Source: Eledone cirrhosa (taxonomy: Eukaryota). From it: DNA of 64,000 bases. The notes below the pieces were generated by a model. That model made no database searches and had not been told where the DNA came from. It saw only the letters and a list, made by a program, of their open reading frames with translations. Each line of letters begins with the position of its first letter. The first letter of the stretch is position 1. Location: positions 119,226,001 to 119,290,000 of the forward strand of contig OZ024745.1 in the NCBI GenBank assembly GCA_964016885.1. Direction: 5' to 3'. Both the position numbers and the translations under genes were made by a program. This document shows positions 56,441 to 64,000 of this stretch, in pieces.

Positions 56441-59400
56441 GAAAACAACACCACCAACAACAAATACAACAACAATAACAAGAACAACAAAAACAACAAC
56501 CCCAGCACAAACGAAAACAACCAAACACATAAAAAAAACGTTTGCAGAAAGCCTTGCCAAAGAGACAGAGTTTATAGAAATAGATCTGTCAAACCAAGAG
56601 CAGCACCTAAAGGATGTTGCGCAACATATAACTTTCGAAGGTAATGGCTTTCGAATAAGTACCTCACCGGAAATTAGGGCCGCGACCTTAATAAAAACAA
56701 TTTTCTTCCGGACGATCTGCTCACAAACCAAGAAATAGCGCGGTGGAAACCGCACTAAAGGATGCAATGCCAGAGGGCCAAGCAGTACGGAAGCATCTCG
56801 GTGCTCTTTAAAAGCGAGGCTCTCGCCGAGATATATTCGGTGATTCCAATTAGAACGAGCCAACACATCTTCTTCCCAACATACATGGGAAGAAGAACCC
56901 ATAAAATAAGGATGTCCTTGATACCACCGAGCACCAACATTTGGTGGATCCTGGGTGGTTTTTTGGAGAAGAGTGAAGACAACCTCCTCTCTGTAAAAAA
57001 AATCAATCCGACAGAACTGGAACGAGACCTCATTGGAGCTTTTGGTTCAAATGAAACCGGAGAGAATTGAAAAAATACCGGAAAAGGTGCCGGTGGATGA
57101 TAACCATGTTGTCCTCATCGCAGTGGAGGGCAAAAGACCACAATATTTCAAATGTGGAATAAACACACATTTAAAAGCATTTTGCCCAATACTGGATGTG
57201 GAAAAACAAAAGAAGGCGTTGTTACCAGCCCCAAAACTGCAACAGACACACCCGAAAACAAAAAAAAACACAACGCCCAAACCATCAACATCCACCCAAC
57301 TATCACAAACCACAAAAGACACCACACCAAAAGTTCCCCTGAAGGACTCTGCCCCACCCCATTCCCCTCTGTCAAACACTCCCACAAACACACATACACA
57401 AACACTCCACCACCACACAACATACCCCTCCCACCTACCCACAATGATAACACCTCAGACACGGGAACATCTACATCTCCAAGTGAGGATGAAGTGGAAC
57501 CCCCAAAATCCAAGAAGCAAAAGAGACACAGAAAAAATACAACAAAAACATCAAGTGAAAACACGCACACACCCAACACTGACATAAACATACAGCCACA
57601 AACGACAATCACACCAACAACACAACCAGACACTTCACCAACAAAACAAACACACATGCCACCACAATCACAAACCCGAACCACAAAAAGAAAACTACAA
57701 ACAGAAACAGTACACATAAAAACAAGAAACAAAGAACTGGTGGAAACTGTCCGAAAGGACCCCACAATACAAATGGAACGGAAAACCTTCCCCACCAACG
57801 ACCCACCCCAAACCTCAAACTTATCAGGGTAACAACCCTATAGTACGAAACTTTAAAAGGGAACTTCCCACATGATGTGCCCCCCCCCTTTCCAAACAAC
57901 ACCTTAACCGTGTCCTGCTAAAAGGATTCCCTCCCTCCCAAAACACCACCAGCCTGGACATGGAGATCGAACAACCCGACCTCCATGAAGCGAAAAGATA
58001 ATTGTCCTGCCTTTTCTCTCCTTAACTCTTCTTCACCAACATGGCGACTATACAAGTTGGATGTTTGAATGTACGTGGCCTGGGCATGCCCTGGAAACAG
58101 GGCCAGCTTTTAAATGATCTCAAGTCACATTGTATAGATGTGATAGCCATCACCGAGTCCAGGATTCACGACAAGCAGCAACTAACCTCCCTGTTCGATG
58201 ATGTTGAGATCTACGCATCTCTCTGTCAGCCAGGAGGTGGGGGGGGGGGAGTTGCTGTTCTGTTTCGAAAAAACTTGGATATCAAACTAGAGACGATTCA
58301 CTTGGACCTGGAGAGCAGCCTGCTAGTCCTGGACGTGAATGGTAGTGAAGGTGGAGCTTTCAGACTGGTGGCTTTATATGCCCCGACTGGGACATCGCGA
58401 CCAGAGTTATTCAAGCGCCTGGAGCCATTCCTGGGAACGTCTCGCTCCTTAGTGTTAGTGGGGACTGGAATGACATCTTAGACGCACGTTGGAACTATGT
58501 AGGGTCTTGTGATAATAGAGAGGTGTGTAATAGCATAAAAAAATCTCATCAGCCAATTCCAACTGGCTGATAGATATCGACTAGACGTCCCAAGTACACC
58601 ACTGTGGACGTGGAGCAACCGCACTGGTCTTCTAGATCGTATTTAGATAGATTTTAATTAGACAGAATGATAAAGAAACATTAAGCTCTGAACATTAATC
58701 AGTATACACTAAGGATGAAAAACTCAGAGCTGTATGGGAGCCTCACAAAAGTCAGCTCAAAAGTGACACAGAGGAGACTGAGGTTAGCTGGACATGCTCA
58801 ACGACATCCAGAGTTGACATTGCACCCAGTACTCCTGTGGGAGCCCCTACATGGACACACTGGAAGGGGAAGCCCAATGTTAACGTATGTTGATGCCCTA
58901 AGGGCAGACACTGGTCTGTTGGAGACGCAGGACATGGCAGCGATAATGAGGGACAGAGACCGCTGGAGAGAACAGTCCATGGATCTCGGGAATTTTACCT
59001 GCTCTCGAGAAGCTGTCCACAAATGCACACGGTTGCCTATTCAGACCACAAATTAGTCACCTGTATAGTTAACCTTGATAGAACACATAGACAGGGACCA
59101 GGATACTGGTAGCTAAACTAGTTAAGTCCCAGTGTACGGGGGCGATCGTCAACAACGGCCTTCAAGAGAGCAATTAGAATAGAATCGATAGCATTTAGCA
59201 AGGAAGTAGCTTTATAAAAAAACAAAACTGAAAAGGAACTGGTAGCTAAAGTAGAAGAGACACTTAGGAATCGCAGTACAGCTGACGTGCTAGCGGCAAG
59301 AACGGCACTAGACCAGTACTTCAACGTGAAACACGAAGATTGTATTGTCAGAAGTAGAACGCGTGCTCTAAGAAACGAGGGAGCCAAAGCTGTTAGCTAG

Positions 59401-60591
59401 GCCCGAGTGGCAGAGGCGAAAAGTGGCAATAAATCCATAATTCCATCTTTGCAAGACAAAGATGGACGCCTTCAACTTGAATCCAAGCAGATGTGCACGG
59501 CCTTCCAACAGCATTTTGTACAACTGGTCGGGCAAAGCGGTACGCCGAGCGAGGTGGACTTCAGTTCCTACATCGACGGCGTACCACGACTCTCGAGCAC
59601 GGATGCAGAGAGCTGCGAAAGGCCGATCACAGCGGGCGAAATAGAAGATGCCCTAGGCCACTGCGGAAACGCAAATCACCCGGTTTAGATGGTCTACCCT
59701 ATGAGATTTACATAGGCAGCCAGACTTGTTCTCTGGCGTTCTCGAAGTGGCCTACTGCAACTGGCAGCAGGACGGGAGGATTCCCAGTTCTGTAGGCAGA
59801 GGCTTAGTAACGCTGATCAGGAAAGATGAGAAAAAGGGGGATGAGATAAGCAATTTCAGGCCCATAACACTGCTTAACACAGAGTTAAAGATTTTGGCCA
59901 AGGTGTTAGCAACGAGGCTGGCGCTTGTCGTCGAGAACCTGGTAAGGGAAGCGCAAATGTATGCAATCCCGACAAGGTACATACACGACAACCTCCACCG
60001 CATGCGATACATCATAGAGAGGGTATTGATGTAAACCTGGCTTCGGTGGGGCTCTGATCAATTTAGATCAGTCTAAGGCATTCGATAGGGTCGACCATCA
60101 ATACTAGGAAGCGGTTCTCAAGGCGGCCGGTTTCGGTCCCGTTTTCAGAGGCTGGATCAAGGTGATGCACACCAGCATCTGCTCGGCAGTCAAGGCGAAT
60201 GGCTACCTATCGGAGCCGTTCGCAATCACGTGTTCCATTCGACAGGGATGCCCTCTCTCCTCCATTCTCTACGTATTGACTCTAGAGCCACTGCTGCGGA
60301 AGTTTTTGCAGGGCATCCCTTTAGAACTGGGACTGCGAAAAGCGGCGTCGGCTTATGCCGACGATGTAACGGTAACGGTGTCGAAAACCTCGGAAGTCGT
60401 GGTAATCGGCAACCTATTACAGGAATACGAAACGTTGACAGGAGGAAGACTAAACCCAAACAAGTCTATCTATCTATATATAGTGTATTGTTATTTATTA
60501 ATGTGAAAGTTTTATGATTTTTATGTAAATTCCCCGCCGTCACGTCTTGTAATGTCAAATTTGTGTACGCCCCTGTGGCAAATAAAGAAAG
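56441..60591 (+). pseudogene. Tx1-like LINE copy B: ORF1 remnant, ORF2 (58041-60470) EN+RT, and 3' UTR
   Basis: GCLNVRGL, LVALYAP, SDH, PGLDGLPYE, FRPITLLNTELKILAK, DQSKAFDRVDH, RQGCPLS, YADD. Contains stops and frameshifts. Ends ...aataaagaaag. Confidence 0.92.
58688..59009 (+). mobile_element. 5'-truncated RTE-group LINE inserted into the Tx1 endonuclease domain
   Basis: AAGCT duplicated at 58683-58687 and 59010-59014. Removing the insert restores ETLSCPQMHTVAYSDH. Confidence 0.85.
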
Positions 60592-61171
60592 CTATCTATC
60601 TATCTGTCTGTCTCTCTCTCTCTATCTATCCATCTCTCTGTTCATCCACCCGTCCATCCATCAATGTATCTGTCCATATGTCTGTCCGTCTCTTTGTCAG
60701 TCTATCCCTGTGACTCCTAAAATAAAGTACCAGTAATGTACTGGGTATTTGCTGGCCTTGTGTCAAAAGTAGAAACAATTATCTATCAATGGAGGTTGGA
60801 CGCCATGCTTTCCAGCATAGTTACGTCCCTTTACAGTCTGAGTTCAAATCCCGCCGAGGTTAACTTTGCCTTTTATCCTTACGGGGTCGATAAAATAAAG
60901 TACCAGTAATGTACTTGGATAATTGATGGCCTTGTGCCAAAAGTAGAAACAATTATCTCTCTAACTACATTAGTTAACAGCCCATCTGATTGTCTGTGTG
61001 GCTGTCTATCAGCTGCCTCCTTCTCTTTCTGTCTATTTCTATATGTCTGTGATGTGTGCGTGTCTATGTTTACCTCTCTATCTGTTTCTCTAACTACCTA
61101 CCTACTAACATTTCTATCTATCTATCTTTCGTTCTTTGTCTGGTTTATTGCATAAACTGTAAAAAACGATG

Positions 61172-61250
61172 TCTTCTTCTTCTTCTTCTTCTTCTTCTTC
61201 TTCTTCTTCTTCTTCTTCTTCTTCTTCTTCTTCTTCTTCTTCTTCTTCTT
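61172..61250. repeat. (CTT)n microsatellite
   Basis: Direct reading. Confidence 0.97.
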
Positions 61251-61459
61251 CCAGCCACCCCTAATTCAGTTAAGGGAACAGAAATGAAAGTATTATACAA
61301 ATTTGTCCATCTGTATAGCTGGAAGCCGACTTCAGATCAGCAAGTAAAGTATTCTGGCAGACCACCCGCCGACATCTTAATAAGAAGCGCCTGGGGTCCT
61401 CCTCTCTTTAGAAATGGGCATCCTCGAGAGCTGGAGATAATACTTTGCTGATCTCCGAA

Positions 61460-62915
61460 ACCCGATCACAACAACATCTTGGGATGTACATGAGGTGCAT
61501 CTGAGAGCAGTGATTAATCTCTCAGGCTGAGGTCACAAGCAGTTAGTAAGCTCAAATGTGGCAAGTCCACTGGGGAATATAAACCCAGCCCGAGATGTTA
61601 AAAGCCTTAAATAGTGAAGTTATTCTCTGACTGACTCGTGTGTGCCGGGTAGCCAGGATATCTGGAAAGGCACCTAAGCAATAGCAATCGGGAGTGATAA
61701 TCCCAATTTTTAAAAAGGGAGACAAGAGAGATTGTTCCAATTACATAGGAATCTCCTTGTTAAGTTACCCCGGTAAAGTCGATGCTAAGTGTCTGATAAA
61801 CAGATTATTGAGTCCAAGCAGCACAACCGATCAAATATTCACACTGCAGCAGATATTTGAGAAATAGTGGGAGTATTGCCAAGAAGTATATGACCGCGTT
61901 CCTCGTGACCTGTTGTGGAAGGTTGTGTAGGTGTATGGGATGATAGTCACTTCTTGCTGCCCTGATGTCCCAAATACGAATGTCCGAGTATTGGTTTGGG
62001 GACAAATGGTGCTAAATCGAAATCATTCAATGTGGGAGTCGGACTCCAACCAAGGTGTGTACTTTCACCTCTCCTGTTCATTATTTACATGAACAGGATT
62101 GACATGCGAAGCCGGGTTGTAAGTAATATAACGACTGGTGGGTGTAAAATAAATCGACTAAAGGTGATCTCCGACCTACACTTGCTAGGTTTGATGACGA
62201 GTGCTGCATGGCTGGAATGAAAATCAGTAGTGTGAAAAATGAGACACTCGTCTCAAGGAAGTCTGCGTAGTGCACTCTGCATGTAAATGGAGTTCTGCTG
62301 AATAAGGTAGAGAAGCTCAAGTATCTCCGTGCCGTGTCTTCGATTGATAGAAGGCAGGAGCTGAATTATGTGGAATAATTGTGGGAGCTGATGCAGTAAT
62401 GCGCCAGCTTTAGCATTAAGTATCAGAAGAATGGAGGTAGGTGTAAAGGCCAAACTCGCTATCTTCAATTCGGTATTCATGCCAACCCCTACCTATGGTC
62501 ATGAATCTTGGGTAATGACCAAAAGAATACGATTGCGAATACAAGCGGCCGAAATGGTGTTCTTCCGAAGGGTCTTTGAAGTAACGTTACTCAATAGAGT
62601 GTGTAGCTTAGTGATCAGAGAGTCACTCCAGGTAGAGCCGCTACTTTTCCAAAATGAGAGATCACAGCTCCGGTACTATAGGCATGTGGTTAGAATGTCT
62701 CAAGAAAGAACCGCTGGACAGAATTTACGAACAAAACCAACTGGCAGGAAACCCAGGGGTAGATCCCGAGCAAGATGGTTGGTTGGCTGGTAATGCTTGG
62801 GGATCCAGCCGGTTCAGTTGGAGGCGCTTGCTTCTAACAGGACCCGCTGGAGTGTTTTAGGACTCTGCCCCACAAAACCCTCTCAAGAATAAGTGGAAGA
62901 ACAAGGAGAAGAAGG
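61460..62915 (+). pseudogene. RTE LINE RT and 3' end (same family as 28545-31420)
   Basis: PIFKKGD, GLQPRCVLSPLLF, TYGHESW, RIQAAEM, RSQLRYYRHV, GRKPRGR, and a gaagaa-type tail. Confidence 0.9.
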
Positions 62916-63114
62916 GTAGCACGTTCAGCCGTTTCCACACCTAGGACGATAATTGCTACAGTATATTTGACCCTCGTCTGTGATCCCAACATGGTTTCAC
63001 AAAGTTGACAATAACTGTTCTCTTGTGTACTAACCTCTCGTCTTTACTCATGTGAAATACGAGTCCTTTACAACATAAAGTATACATATTTAAAGCATAT
63101 TCTAAGCGACCCCA

Positions 63115-63370
63115 CTCACCAACAACGTGAGTCTAGCATCATGCGCAAGTGTCGAATGGCTGGTTGGGACACCTCACATGATTCCCAAATGAGAGGCATG
63201 CTAATAAGATCCTGTATTGGTACTCCCAAGGAAAGGGGTGAAGAGGACAGCCCAATATGAACTGGCGGCAGACTGGAACGAAGTGCTGATAGATGCAACA
63301 GACCGTCGCCATTGGTGCACTTTGATTGCCTCATGCCTCTTAAGACGCGGGAGCTTCTAAGTCTAAGTCA
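63115..63370 (+). mobile_element. RTE-type LINE 3' end with a (CTAAGT)n tail
   Basis: Degenerate WLG.L...KILYW.PQGK..RG...WNEV..ATDRRHW, ending ctaagtctaagt. Confidence 0.7.
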
Positions 63371-64000
63371 AAACGCCAGCTGCTTCGTATGGACTGCATA
63401 CAGAAAGATTTTGAGGTGAGCTGCTATCTTGAGAATACGAGCCACGTTACCGCTCGACCTGGCATGTTATTAAATTGAATAATCAGGGGACCCCAAAGCG
63501 GATGATTCCTCCCTACATAGTATACGCTTATCCTCAAATTTAAGGACTGTGTAAAGCCCTATTTTGAAGCATTTGAAATACGCGAAAACTACTGTGAAAT
63601 TAAAAAAATTTATTGCCACCAATCGTAATAATAGATATAGGATGGTGCAGATTCTTTTGAAAACGTATGCATTCCTTGTGCAGAATTTAATGATCTACTC
63701 AAAAATGTCTTTCCAGGGCTGGCCTGAGTAGTCACCATGTATATATAAAGCTAGACAAAGGATATACGTCAGGATATGTTTTTGTATTCTGATGTGCACA
63801 TATGGAGCTATGTTTGTAAGAGAGACATTTAAGAGTTTGGCGGGTTTAAAAAAGCCACTGTGGAAAACAGGATTCGTTTTAATAGTCATTACAAATCATA
63901 CTTAGTAAATAGGATGTTTTAAATAACAGAGAATTTTGCCGTAACGTTAACGGCTGTCTGGAGAATATACTCAGAGAAACCTGCAGCATGAAGACGTAAA

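Noticed and set aside
54995-57902. Long minus-strand ORFs
   Set aside because: They are antisense shadows of the A/C-rich Tx1 ORF1 regions.
61056-61451. ORF with a poly-leucine tract
   Set aside because: It is the translation of a (CTT)n microsatellite.

Overview
This is AT-rich, repeat-dense animal genomic DNA. The tRNA-derived SINEs carry the core 'ttgcctttcatcc...ggtcgataaaataaagtaccagt', which resembles octopod cephalopod SINEs; the taxon is an inference. No intact host gene can be identified. The only host-gene candidates are a few minus-strand exons, the best being the CpG-rich 15190-15527. Most ORFs in the track are microsatellite artefacts. The window holds decayed retroelements (RTE LINEs, three Tx1-like LINE pieces, CRE-clade fragments including one with a PHD finger, and Penelope-like RT and endonuclease remnants), a deleted mariner, hAT and Tigger MITEs, many SINEs and several minisatellites. 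The most striking signal is a dense set of about 16 type I hammerhead ribozyme motifs, intact to degenerate. They belong to several unrelated short elements embedded in (TA)n tracts, arranged as fold-back inverted repeats or head-to-tail ~430-470 bp units, consistent with Penelope pLTRs or retrozymes. Several of these families share a second motif downstream of the ribozyme that I do not recognise: an ACUC...GAGU-closed hairpin followed by GCU/ACU. A Tx1-like LINE appears to sit in a (TCTA)n microsatellite target.
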